A DNA stretch of 64,000 nucleotides from Azolla caroliniana (Eukaryota; Plantae; Polypodiophyta): assembly GCA_043228905.1 (NCBI GenBank), contig JBHGNT010000018.1, forward strand, positions 5,952,001 through 6,016,000. Direction: 5' to 3'. Numbering within the stretch: the stretch's first letter is position 1; each line of letters opens with the position of its first letter. The translations under genes were made by a program, and so were the position numbers. The notes beneath the pieces are model-generated. The model made no database searches. It was not told the origin of the DNA and saw only the letters and a list, made by a program, of their open reading frames with translations. Of the stretch, positions 35,980 through 47,330 are shown piece after piece.

Positions 35980-36513
35980 AGTTCAGGGGTTGTACCACTT
36001 GTACCACTTCTCGGCCTTGGCCTCCAACTTCTTCCATTTCTCATCCGACACATGCACAGATGATATACTACCAAATATCCTTAGTTGCCCCACGTTCAGT
36101 TTTTGCCCGAAGTATAACTCGTGTGCAAACACCTTCTCTCTATATGCAAAAATTCGATTCTGGATGTACACTGCAATCCGAACGGCTTCGCCCCAGTAAA
36201 ATTTAGGCATGCTCTTTTCTTTCATCATTGCCCTTGTTGCTTCCATAATCAACCGATTCCTCCTTTTGGCTATGTTGGTCTGCTTTGGTGTATATTTGCA
36301 AGTGAATTCACGCCAAATTCCCATTTGCTGCAGATAACAATTGAACTAGCTAGAAAAGTATACTTTTCCGCCATCTTATCACAGACTGTTGATTTTCCTC
36401 TCTATTTCCCTTTCGACTAATCTTTTCGAGTTCTGGAAACGTGAGAAGATGTCACTCTTCTTCTACTCTATGAGGTAGATCTAGGTGTCTCGGCTATAGT
36501 CGTCAATGAAGGA

Positions 36514-39500
36514 TGTAAGGAATAGACGCTTCGATTCACCTTCTTCTCTCGGCCACAACCGAGTAATCGCGGATCAATGCAGCAGAAAATAGGAACCACA
36601 CGAAAAAAAAGGCAAGAACGCGAGTACACAGGGATTAACGTGGAAAACCCAGACGGGAAAAACCACGGGAGTACAAGACTCCAACCCAACACTATACAGA
36701 GAAGTATACAATGGCGAGCTGCAAGGCGACGACCTTGAGCTCGCTGTCCTCGCCACAGGCGGCGGAAATACACAGAGGCGTCTACCTCTTCCTCTCTCGC
36801 GCTCTATCTCTCTCTCTCTCTCTCTCTCACGGCTGCTTACACTTCACTCCTCTTGAGTGGAAAAACAGAAAAATGAGAAGCAACAGCAAAACTGTTTGCC
36901 CTAAGTCATATTTATACTTATATGACTTTGGGCTATTTACAACTGTAGCCTCAGGGGCCCATAGCGAACATATTCACGGATATGTCCCTGCATCCGGATC
37001 GCTCTCCGGGTACATTCGTCATCCGGTACCGAAACCGGGGTCTTCGTCATCCGGATCCGAAACCGAAACCGGGCTTGTCGGCATTCATCTCCGATATCCG
37101 ACCATCCCATCCGAAGGGACCGTAATCCCAACAAACTCCCCCTTCACTTCGGCATGGGATGTCTCTCCAATCCGACCCTCTTCCGGCATGCTTCCAGCTT
37201 GTCGGGTGTGAGGACCTTGGTCAGCATATCCGACCCGTTCTCGTCCGTGTGAATCTTTGTCAGCACGAACTCCTTGTCTTCTATCCTTTCCCGGATCCAG
37301 TGATATCTTCGCTGGATGTGCTTCGTCCGGGAGTGATAGGCCGCGTTCTTCGCAAGGTGGATTGCACTCTGACTGTCACAGTAGAGTCGGTACTCCTCCT
37401 GTTGGATACCGAGCTCTCTAATGAAGTCCTTCATCCATATTATTTCCTTGCCGGCTTCAACAGCCGCCATGTACTCCGCCTCCGTGGTTGACAACGCAAC
37501 CGTCTTCTGCAGCCTCGACTGCCATGAAACAGCTCCCCCTGCATACGTCATCACATACCCTGATGTGGACCGGCTGGTATCTGCATCAGCCGACATATCC
37601 GAATCGGTGAAACCGTCGAGTTCGGGTTTACCGGAGCCGAATCGGAGGCACACATTCGCTGTGCCCTTCAGGTATCGGAGTATCCACTTGACCGCGTTCC
37701 AATGCTCTTTGCCGGGATTGCTCATGTACCGGCTCACCACTCCGACTGCATATCCTATGTCCGGTCTCGTACACACCATGGCGTACATCAAGCTCCCGAC
37801 GGCTGAGGCATACGGCACTTTCATCATATCCTCCTTTTCAGCCTTTGTCTTGGGACTTTGCTTGCTAGACAGCTTGCAGTTTGCCGGGAGGGTCGATCCG
37901 ATCGGTCTTGCTTCTGACATGTTGAACCGGTGAAGCACCTTCGTCACGTACTTCTCCTGTGACAGCCACAACTGCTTCTTCTTCCGGTCCCGGATGATGT
38001 GCATCCCTAGTATTTGCCTCGCCGGACCCAGGTCCTTCATTGAGAAGGTTCGGTGAAGAGCCTTCTTCAGCATCCGTATCTTGACCTGGTCCCGTCCGAC
38101 GATCAACATGTCGTCCACGTACAGGAGGAGTATTAGAAAGTCTCCTCCTTCGAATTTCTTCACAAACGCGCAGTGGTCGGACTGCGTTTTGAGGTACCCT
38201 TCGTCGGTCATGAAGGAGTCGAACTTCCGGTACCATTGCCGGGGAGCCTGCTTCAGTCCGTAAAGGCTCTTCTTCAACCGGCATACCAGGTGCTCCTTCC
38301 CTTTCTTCTCGAATCCTTCCGGTTGCTGCATGTAAATCTCTTCTTCGAGGTCACCGTGAAGGAATGCCGTCTTCACGTCCATCTGTTCTACCTCGAGGTC
38401 CATGCTTGCCGCTATGCTCAGCACCGTCCGGATGGAGGTCATCTTCACTACCGGGGCAAATATCTCGTCGAAGTCGACGCCCTTCTTCTGCTGAAACCCC
38501 TTCACCACGATCCTGGCTTTATATCTCGGGGGGTTTCCGGCATCTCCCGGTTTCAGCTTGAACACCCACTTGTTTCGAAGTGCCCGCTTTCCTTTCGGCA
38601 ACTCCACAAGTTCATATGTGAGGTTCTCATGCAGGGAATCCATCTCGTCCTGCATGGCACTCAACCACCTGCGGCTCTGGGTGTCATGCTTTGCTTCTTC
38701 AAAGCTCTCCGGCTCCCCCTCGTCGGTTAGCAGCACGTGCTCTGGTTCCGGAAATCTCCGGGGGGCTCTCCTCTCTCTTAGAGGATATCTCCGTTCGGGA
38801 GCTTCGGTAACCGGTTCTTCCGATTCTTCTTCTTCATCCGAATCCATTTCGGGATCGGGGCCGGTTCCGGTATCATTTTCATCTTCTTCGGCCGGTTCTG
38901 TTTCTTCACCGTCTTCGGCCGGGTCCTCGAGTGCTAACCGGTCCCTTGCCGGTCGGGACTGCTCCTCGTAGAGTTTATCCTCACCGGTCGACTTGGAGCT
39001 CTTCATCTTCTTCTCCGACTCCCAGTCGGCGAGTGTCTTGTCCTCCATAAAGACGATATCTCGACTCCTGAATATCTTCTTGTCGACCAGGTCCCATACT
39101 CGGTAGCCGAACTCGTCGTCGCCGTAACCGAGGAATATGCATGGCCGGGTCTTCGGATCTAGCTTTCCTCTCCGGTCCTTTGCCACGTGCACGTATGCGA
39201 GACACCCGAACACCTTCAGATGCCGGTAGGATACTTCCCTACCGGTCCACACTCTCTGCGGCGTGTCTCCGTCCAAAGGTACTGAGGGTGATCGGTTTAT
39301 CACATATGTCGCCGTCGACATTGCCTCAGCCCAAAACCCCTTGGGTAATTTCGCATGCGCCAGCATACTCCGAACCCTCTCCATTATGGTCCGGTTCATC
39401 CTCTCGGCCAGCCCGTTCAGTTCCGGCGTCTTCGGCACAGTAAACTCGAGTCGGATTCCCTTCGAGCGACAGTACTCCTGGAACTGCCCTCGGTATTCCC

Positions 39501-41844
39501 CTCCGTTATCCGCTCGTATCGCTTTCAGCTTCTTGCCGGATTCCCTTTCCACTCTCGCGTGGAGTTCTTTGAAGACGCACAACACTTGGTCCTTTGTCTT
39601 CAACGGTGCCGTCCACAGCTTCCGGCTGTGATCATCAATGAATGTTACGAAGTACTGGGCTCCGCCATGTGACTTCGTTTCTACCTGACACACATCAGTG
39701 TGCACCAACTCCAATGGTGCGCTACGTCTCGTCGGTGGCCTTGAGTGGAAGGAGGTTCGGTTCTGCTTACCGGCCAGGCAGTCGGTGCACTTCTCCAGGT
39801 GCACATGCTTCACCGGAATAAGGTTGTCTTCTGCAAGCCTCTTCATCCCCTTCTCACTCATGTGGCACAGTCTTTTGTGCCACAGCTCACCGGCAGTGTC
39901 GGCTGCCACATTCAGCTCTTCCAGACATAACCGGGCATTCATCAGGTACAGTGTGTTGACCTTCCGGGCCCGAGCCACTATCAAGCTCCCCTTGCTGAAC
40001 TTCATGACACCGTTCCGGATGCTACCCGTGTAGCCTTCATCATCTAGCCTCCCGGCCGAAATCAGGTTCAGTCGGACCTCCGGAACGTGTCGGACATTCT
40101 TCAGCAGCATTTTGCATCCGGTCGGGGTTGTCAACCACACGTCTCCTATGCCGGCAATCCGGCACGTACCTTCGTTTCCCATCCGAACACAGCCATGCTC
40201 GCCGGCTGTGTAGGATGAGAAGTATCTTCTCTCCGGGGTCAGGTGGAACGATGCTCCGGAATCGACCACCCAGGTCGTCTCATCGCCGGCAATGTTTAGT
40301 TCACCTTCTTCGGTGATGAGCATGATCTCCTCTTCACTTGCCGCGAGTGCCGTCGTTCCTTTCCGGTCCTGTCCTCGCCGATCCGAACCATTCCGGTCCG
40401 TGGCTCCCCGGTATGCACCGTTTCTCTCCGGTGACTTCTTCGAATCGGTGTTGTCGGTTCCATTGTCTTTTCGGTAATGCCGACAATTCTTTCGGAAGTG
40501 CCCCGGCTTCCCACAGTGGAAGCATGTGGGCCTTCCTCTTGACTGCGACCGGGTCCCCGACTTCTCCCGTCTTTGCGGACTCCGGTTCCATTGTCTTCCC
40601 CGATCCGATTCGGTAAACAACATCTTCGGGTCGGAGGCCGGTTCCTTATCTCTCCGACGCGCTTCTTCGTTCAAAATACTTGTCTTTACCGTTTGTAGGG
40701 ACAAGTTATCTTCGGTGCAGGAGGTGCTGAGAGTCACCACCAAGTTCTCCCAGCTTTCCGGCAATGTACACATCAGGATGATGGCTTGCATTGCATCCTC
40801 CAACGGGAACTTGATCGCTGCAAGCTGATTCACGAATCCCATGAACGTGCTTACGTGTTCCACCATACTCTCGCCGTCCCGGTACTTGAGATTCACTATC
40901 TTCCTCATCAGGGAGGTCCGGTTCAACGCATTCTTCCTCTCGTAGAGGCCCGACAGCTTCTTCCACATCTCATATGCGTTGGTGTCGTTCGCCACATGTT
41001 GTAGGACGCTTACATCGACATATTGTCGGATCGTCGCTACGGCTTTCCGGTTCAGGAGCTTCCACTCCGACTCAAGTACCCCCTTCGGTATTTCCGACCT
41101 GTCAATCGGTTCGTACAGGTCCCGAACAATCAGAAGATCCTCCATCTTGATCTTCCAGTCGGCGTAATTCTGTGCATTCAGCACCATCATCCCCGGCTGC
41201 CCGCTGCCGCCGCCTTCCATTTTCTGCAACAGTCGCTCTGATACCAGTTTGTAAGGAATAGACGCTTCGATTCACCTTCTTCTCTCGGCCACAACCGAGT
41301 AATCGCGGATCAATGCAGCAGAAAATAGGAACCACACGAAAAAAAAGGCAAGAACGCGAGTACACAGGGATTAACGTGGAAAACCCAGACGGGAAAAACC
41401 ACGGGAGTACAAGACAGGATACAATGGCGAGCTGCAAGGCGACGACCTTGAGCTCGCTGTCCTCGCCACAGGCGGCGGAAATACACAGAGGCGTCTACCT
41501 CTTCCTCTCTCGCGCTCTATCTCTCTCTCTCTCTCTCTCACGGCTGCTTACACTTCACTCCTCTTGAGTGGAAAAACAGAAAAATGAGAAGCAACAGCAA
41601 AACTGTTTGCCCTAAGTCATATTTATACTTATATGACTTTGGGCTATTTACAACTGTAGCCTCAGGGGCCCATAGCGAACATATTCACGGATATGTCCCT
41701 GCATCCGGATCGCTCTCCGGGTACATTCGTCATCCGGTACCGAAACCGGGGTCTTCGTCATCCGGATCCGAAACCGAAACCGGGCTTGTCGGCATTCATC
41801 TCCGATATCCGACCATCCCATCCGAAGGGACCGTAATCCCAACA
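36514..41844 (-). mobile_element. Intact young Ty1/copia retrotransposon (Tnt1/Tork-like)
   Basis: LTRs 41844-41250 and 37133-36514, apparently identical apart from indels; perfect TSD AAGGA; PBS TGGTATCAGAGC (41246-41235); PPT AGTGAAGGGGGAG. Confidence 0.98.
37144..41220 (-). CDS. Uninterrupted copia gag-pol polyprotein (about 1358 aa from the ATG at 41220)
   Basis: CFHCGKPGHFRKNC knuckle, WVVDSGAS, WHKRLCH, D-D-E integrase, QMDVKTAFL, LLYVDDML, YCDSQSAI...TKHI. Confidence 0.97.
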   Translation of the reverse strand: MEGGGSGQPGMMVLNAQNYADWKIKMEDLLIVRDLYEPIDRSEIPKGVLESEWKLLNRKAVATIRQYVDVSVLQHVANDTNAYEMWKKLSGLYERKNALNRTSLMRKIVNLKYRDGESMVEHVSTFMGFVNQLAAIKFPLEDAMQAIILMCTLPESWENLVVTLSTSCTEDNLSLQTVKTSILNEEARRRDKEPASDPKMLFTESDRGRQWNRSPQRREKSGTRSQSRGRPTCFHCGKPGHFRKNCRHYRKDNGTDNTDSKKSPERNGAYRGATDRNGSDRRGQDRKGTTALAASEEEIMLITEEGELNIAGDETTWVVDSGASFHLTPERRYFSSYTAGEHGCVRMGNEGTCRIAGIGDVWLTTPTGCKMLLKNVRHVPEVRLNLISAGRLDDEGYTGSIRNGVMKFSKGSLIVARARKVNTLYLMNARLCLEELNVAADTAGELWHKRLCHMSEKGMKRLAEDNLIPVKHVHLEKCTDCLAGKQNRTSFHSRPPTRRSAPLELVHTDVCQVETKSHGGAQYFVTFIDDHSRKLWTAPLKTKDQVLCVFKELHARVERESGKKLKAIRADNGGEYRGQFQEYCRSKGIRLEFTVPKTPELNGLAERMNRTIMERVRSMLAHAKLPKGFWAEAMSTATYVINRSPSVPLDGDTPQRVWTGREVSYRHLKVFGCLAYVHVAKDRRGKLDPKTRPCIFLGYGDDEFGYRVWDLVDKKIFRSRDIVFMEDKTLADWESEKKMKSSKSTGEDKLYEEQSRPARDRLALEDPAEDGEETEPAEEDENDTGTGPDPEMDSDEEEESEEPVTEAPERRYPLRERRAPRRFPEPEHVLLTDEGEPESFEEAKHDTQSRRWLSAMQDEMDSLHENLTYELVELPKGKRALRNKWVFKLKPGDAGNPPRYKARIVVKGFQQKKGVDFDEIFAPVVKMTSIRTVLSIAASMDLEVEQMDVKTAFLHGDLEEEIYMQQPEGFEKKGKEHLVCRLKKSLYGLKQAPRQWYRKFDSFMTDEGYLKTQSDHCAFVKKFEGGDFLILLLYVDDMLIVGRDQVKIRMLKKALHRTFSMKDLGPARQILGMHIIRDRKKKQLWLSQEKYVTKVLHRFNMSEARPIGSTLPANCKLSSKQSPKTKAEKEDMMKVPYASAVGSLMYAMVCTRPDIGYAVGVVSRYMSNPGKEHWNAVKWILRYLKGTANVCLRFGSGKPELDGFTDSDMSADADTSRSTSGYVMTYAGGAVSWQSRLQKTVALSTTEAEYMAAVEAGKEIIWMKDFIRELGIQQEEYRLYCDSQSAIHLAKNAAYHSRTKHIQRRYHWIRERIEDKEFVLTKIHTDENGSDMLTKVLTPDKLEACRKRVGLERHPMPK

Positions 41845-42039
41845 AAGGAGACAAAATATTTACTCCCCCCTAGGTTCACATTTTGTACCAATCCCCACAC
41901 ATCCGAATGGATTAAGTTGAGCTTATTACGGCTCCGATTTCGCTCGTTGGGGAAAGCATGCTAGTGTAGCTCCACTAGTTGACAATCTTCATAAACTTGG
42001 GCCTTCCAACTGTCACATTCTAGACTTGGGCCTTCCAAC

Positions 42040-44342
42040 TGTCACATTCTAGACTCAAACCTCTGACCTTTAACACACACAATACATTGTGTTGTGTTAA
42101 CCATATGGAACCTCTAGTGAACTGCCCACATTTGATTGTGAACTTGTATATATTGTAGATTCTAGTGTATAGTACAATTTAGAATATTCTAGTGTATAGT
42201 ACATTTAAGAATATTCTAGTCGTTAGTATATTTTAGAATTATTCTGTGGTATATTCTAAACGGGTATATCCTCAAGATATTTCTCGAGTATATTCTAGAG
42301 ATATTCAATCTCGGAATTGTATAAATACTTGTAACATCCTTGGTCCCTTTCAAGGGATTCAACACCAGTCATTGACACCACATCGATCTAGTATTCTCGT
42401 TTCGCCTCATCTTTGTCTCCTTGATCTTTATTTTTGTCTTCATGCCCTCATGTCTCTCACAACATCTAGAGTTCCTAGCCTCGTCACATCTAGCTCCAAG
42501 TTCATCTGTCTCTCATAGCCCCATCATCTGTGCTCCATCCTAGTCCGCACTTGGTGTGTCCGTGGCAATTTGAATCCCTTCCAACTGGGAGCACCACCCA
42601 TCTTCGTCATCGCATTTGCTTCTAGATTTACCATCATCACCATCCTTGCTTCCGGAGTTACTGTCATCAACATCCTTGTCTTCAACGTCATCATTTTCAG
42701 CACCTCTTTGCCCAACCATCGTCGTCATCAACACTATTTGTCATCATTTTGCATCACGGTTTTGGTGAGGAGTGCTTTCGATCGCTCACCTTCCCAATTC
42801 CGGTGGCGGTCACAACCGCTCACTTTCTTGGTGGGGATCGGATCATTGCTCGCTTGCACTACATTTTCTTTATAGTTCAAGTCTCGCGCCACTTTCTGTT
42901 GGCAAGGATCGATTTCAATCGCTCACCTTCTAGTTTTAGTGGGGGTCACAACCGCTCACTTTCCTGGTGAGGACCACGTGGGTTTCTCGCTAGTGCTACC
43001 ATTTGTGCCGTGTCTTGGGTCAACCTTGACTATTTACCCTCTCATAATAGAAGAAGTCGAGTCGATTGTTTCACTTGCACTCCTTCGCCCGTTGTTGTAG
43101 TTCTCGGTGAGGTTTGCATGGCCACTCACGTCCATTCGTGTTCAGTTCTCGGTGAGGGCTACATGGTCGCTCACATCCGTTCGTGTTCAGTTCTTAGTGA
43201 GGGCCCCATGGTCGCTCACGTCCGTTCGTGTTCCAATTCTCGGTGAGGGCCGCATGGTCGCTCATGCCCGTTCGTGTTCAGTTCTCGGTGAGGGCCGCAT
43301 GGTCGCTCATGTCCGTTCGTGTTCCAGTTCTCTGTGAGGGTTGCATGGTCACTCACGCCCGTTGGTGTTCATGTTCCCTGTGAGGACCGCACATGGTTAC
43401 TCACGCCCGTTGGTATTCGTGTTCTGGTCTCCGATGAGGACTGCACATGGTTGCTCACTCTAGCTATTGTGTGTGTTCGCTCACGCCCGTTGGTGGTCGT
43501 GTTCCAACTCTCAGCGAGGACCGACATTTTCTCTCATGCCCGTTGGTTTCGTGTTCCCCATGAGGACCACACATGGTCACTCACGCCCGTTGGTATTCGT
43601 GTTCTAGTTCCCGATGAGGACCGCACATGCTCTCTCACTCCCGTTGGTATTCATGTTCCAGTCCTGGGCAAGGACCGCACATGGTCGCTCATGCTCGGTG
43701 GTGTTCAATACCTCATCTTCTAGAAGGGTTACTCCTTGTCTAGGATTTACAAAATACTTTGGAGGTGATCTAAGATTTTCATCAAGAGTATCCCCTTAAG
43801 CCAAGGACCGGTTTGAGAAGGCAACATAAAAGGGGTGATAATGTCACATTCTAGACTCGAACCTCTGACTTTTAACACACACAATACATTGTGTTGTGTT
43901 AGCCATATGGAAACTCTAGTGAACTATCTACATTCAATTGTGAACTTGTATATATTGTAGAGACTAGTGTATAGTACATTCAAGAATATTTTGGTCGTTA
44001 GTATATTTTAGAATTATTCTGTGGTATATTCTAAACGGGTATATTCTCGAGATATTTCTCGAGTATATTCTAGAGATATTCAATCTCGGAATTGTATAAA
44101 TACTTGTAACATCCTTGGTCCCTTTCAAGGGATTCAACACCAGTCATTGACACCACATCGATCTAGTATTCTCGTTTCGCCTCATCTTTGTCTCCTTGAT
44201 CTTTATTTTTGTCTTCATGCCCTCATGTCGCTCACAACATCTAGAGTTCCTAGCCTCGTCACATCTAGCTCCAAGTTCATCCGTCACTCATAGCCCCATC
44301 ATCTGTGCTCCATCCTAGTCTGCGCTCGGTGTGTCCGTGACA
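42040..44342 (+). mobile_element. Non-autonomous, non-coding LTR element (TRIM/LARD-like, 2.3 kb) with a self-priming PBS
   Basis: LTRs 42040-42567 and 43842-44342 (TGTCAC...GTGRCA); perfect TSD CCAAC; TTGAATCCCTT (42570-42580) is complementary to LTR AAGGGATTCAA (42352-42362); PPT AAAAGGGGTGATAA; no retroelement protein motifs inside. Confidence 0.92.
43099..43706. repeat. Internal tandem array, about 12 units of 45-54 bp
   Basis: Consensus AGTTCTCGGTGAGGGCCGCATGGTCGCTCACGTCCGTTCGTGTTC at 43099, 43144, 43189, 43235, 43280 and 43326, followed by longer GAGGACCGCACATGG variants. Confidence 0.92.
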
Positions 44343-46599
44343 CCAACCACTGAACTTCGACAAGCCAGACACAATTTGTTTCATATGCAACTCTTAAAGC
44401 CACTGGAAGTTGACGAGGTCGATCTACTTGTTGTGCCACAAGTCGACGTCCGATTTGACTTTCTGTATTGCAGTGAACATTGGGGTGTCGACGTCATTGG
44501 TATCGAGGATGAACATCATCCCTTCTTTGAGCCCATGCCCGATGAAGCAGCCATGATGAGTGAATCAGATTTGCATGTCGTGGTCGACAATTTTTCCGAC
44601 CGACACCAAGTTCTTGGTGATTGTCGACACATACAAGATGTTTCTCATCAAACCTCTCTGACCGATGTGGCTCAGAGGAACATCGTCGATATGTTTGATG
44701 GGGTGAGTTGTGTCGTTGTTGGTCTCGACATATCCCAACTACTCCAGCTTCTCTAGACTCGAGAACCATTCCTCATGGTTCGTCATATGGTTGGAAGCTC
44801 CGGAGTCAACATCGCACGCCTCCTTGGGTTTCGAAGTACTCGCCTCCATCAAATTGGCTTTGTGCTTCATCACGAACGTAAGGTCCTTTCCGGCACGCCC
44901 TGAATTCTCTGTATAGTGCGATCTCTGTCGATTTCCCTGTTCAGCTCTGCCTGATTCGGTTTTTTCTGAATCGTCCTTCTTCTTTTAGCACTCACTTTCC
45001 CTGTTGCCCTTTTTACCACAATACCACAAATCCATCGACCTGGTTTGTCAGCCTCTAGCACCGCCTTGACTCCCCCTGCTTGTAGAGGGTTCCTGACTAC
45101 TTTCTTCTCTTCTATTTTGCCTCTACTCATTTCGGCCACCATTTGTGTGTGTCGATCTGCCTCTTTGCCCACACCCACGAGGCCGATTTGCCTCTGTGTA
45201 CATCATCCAACCATTTCAATGCGTGCTCCTTGATGCACTTGTGTGTTTTTCTTCGATTAGAAGCATCAATTGCAAGTCGAAGAAGGTCGGAGGCTTCTCC
45301 CTTGTGTAGATTGTTGTTCTAATCGGCTCGCACCTTTGCGTTAGACCACCAAGGTAGCTCTGTACCATCTCGTCCTCGTCCACCATCACATTGATGGACT
45401 CCAATGCATCACAGATATCTTGATATTCATGGTGTAGTCAGTCACTGTCATATCCCTTTGTCGTATATTGTTGAGCTCCTGACGAAGTTGCAACTTGCGG
45501 GTCATGGTACTCGCGGCAAAAATCTTCTTCAGATTTTCCTAGACCTCCTTTAGCGTCTTTGCATTTTGAATGTGGCCCAACATCTAGCCGTGCACACAGG
45601 ATGCAAGATAGTCCAAAACTCTACTTGTTGCCTGCTCCCAAACCGGAAAATCCTTGTGTGTCAATTCTGGCTCTCGTTTTCTCCATGGATGTAACTCTAG
45701 TAGCCATGCCCAAGCAGGTAATGGTGCATCTTGTATTCCCAAGATGCGTAGTTGCTTCTATCCAACTTCTCTGTCAGAAGAGCACCACCCATTCCTCTGC
45801 CCATGTTCTTGTCTTCTACTAGTTTTGGTCTGTGTTAGAAGCTTTGTTGGCTACAGAGGATTCTTTTAACCCTCGCCCTCTAATACCATGTAAAGAATAA
45901 GATGTGGAAGCTCAAAGATAGGCACAGCCAATTGAGCCGGCCAATACAGTATGACAGACAATTAGGTTACCATAGAGATGGAGATACATAGAGAGCGTGA
46001 GAGTTGATCATTCACTGAGCACCTTTTATACAAGTCCTCCAAAGGACTGACAAGTACTTCAATGCTCATGAATGAGCTATTGACACTACCAACCTAGAAT
46101 ATTCCTATTTACTAAAATAGGGATATAGGCTCCTAATGGCCTCTCAGCTCCCGGCCGATCCAGCCTAGCCGATCGGTCTATATCTGATCCAACTTCCGGC
46201 TGCTACAGCCAATCTGGCTGTCAACTTCTTCAGTCGATCCTTTAGCTGGTTCGGCTTCATGTTGGGTTTGTCTCTCAAAAACAAGTAAAATCATATGCTT
46301 TGTCAATACGTTCCTATCTCACACCCCTCTCATATCTCGTCCTAGTGAGTCAGCCTTTGATAATAAAAAACAATTTTTTTTGGGTTGTACACAATTATAT
46401 GCGAATGAAGTATCTATTATGGCAATAGATGCAAACATACTTGCATCATACGATGCGGTTCCATTCATATATGTTTGCTCAACAAGTATTAGATCATAAT
46501 CAATCCAGAACGTGCTAGAGCACAACTTCATATAGACTATATGAAGTTCAAGTGGCATGATGGAATGTTATACTATAATGGACTTTTATATGTCCGTAA

Positions 46600-47330
46600 C
46601 AGATTTGCTCGTCTGAAAGTTCAGAGCTTTGTCATGATACTTACATGGCTGGAGATTTCAGGATCCATAAAACATTAGAATTAGTTACTCGATCATTTTG
46701 ATGGCCTCAGATCTATAATTTTGTGGAATATTATGTCTACGCATGTGACACTTGGTGTTGGGCAAAGATACCTTGTCATCACCCCGATAGATTATTGCAT
46801 CCCTTACCAATTCCCGAACAACCTTGGCAATCTATTTCTTTAGATTTTATTATAGATTTGCCTCTTTCTAAAGGTTTGATACTATTGTAACCGTAGTTCA
46901 TCGATTTACAAAGATGGCACATTTTATACCATTTCTTAAGAGCATTAGTAGCGAAGAAACAACCAATGTTGTTATGAGAGAAGTTTTTCGACTTCATGGT
47001 CTCCCATACAACATTATTAGTGATCATGGGTCTCAATTTGTGTCTAAGTTTTGGAGGCATTTACTATCATTACTCAAGATCTCTCGCAAAGTTCTCTCTT
47101 CTAGTCATCATCCACAAACTAATGGTAAAACCACACACATTAATCAAACATTAGAACAATATCTTCGTTGTTTAATTAGCCACCAACAAGATGATTGGAT
47201 TGATATTTTGCATTTTTTTGAGTTTTCATACAATAATTCAATGCATGCTTGCAATCTTCTACTAAGGTCACGCCATTCTTCACATATAGTGGCTATCATC
47301 CTCGATGTATTTGGTCTCTCCTTATATGTG
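46600..47330 (+). mobile_element. Old Tcn1-like gypsy integrase remnant
   Basis: PWQSISLDFIIDLP, MAHFIP, IISDHGSQFVSKFW, HHPQTNG, NQTLEQYLRC. Confidence 0.85.

Larger units (their letters stand above)
34771..46283 (-). mobile_element. Decayed Ty1/copia (copia C) hosting three nested insertions; 3' end lost
   Basis: 5' LTR ~46283-45889, PBS TGGTATTAGAG, gag ~45800-44900, protease VDSGASNHMT ~44800, integrase pieces near 44400, 41900 and 36500-35980, RT start ~35000-34780. Confidence 0.85.

Noticed and set aside
36468-37211. ORFs within the LTRs of the intact copia
   Set aside because: They are incidental frames duplicated with the LTR and have no coding features.
43099-43706. Possible CRISPR-like array
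   Set aside because: Units are contiguous degenerate tandem repeats with no unique spacers and no cas genes, in a plant nuclear context.
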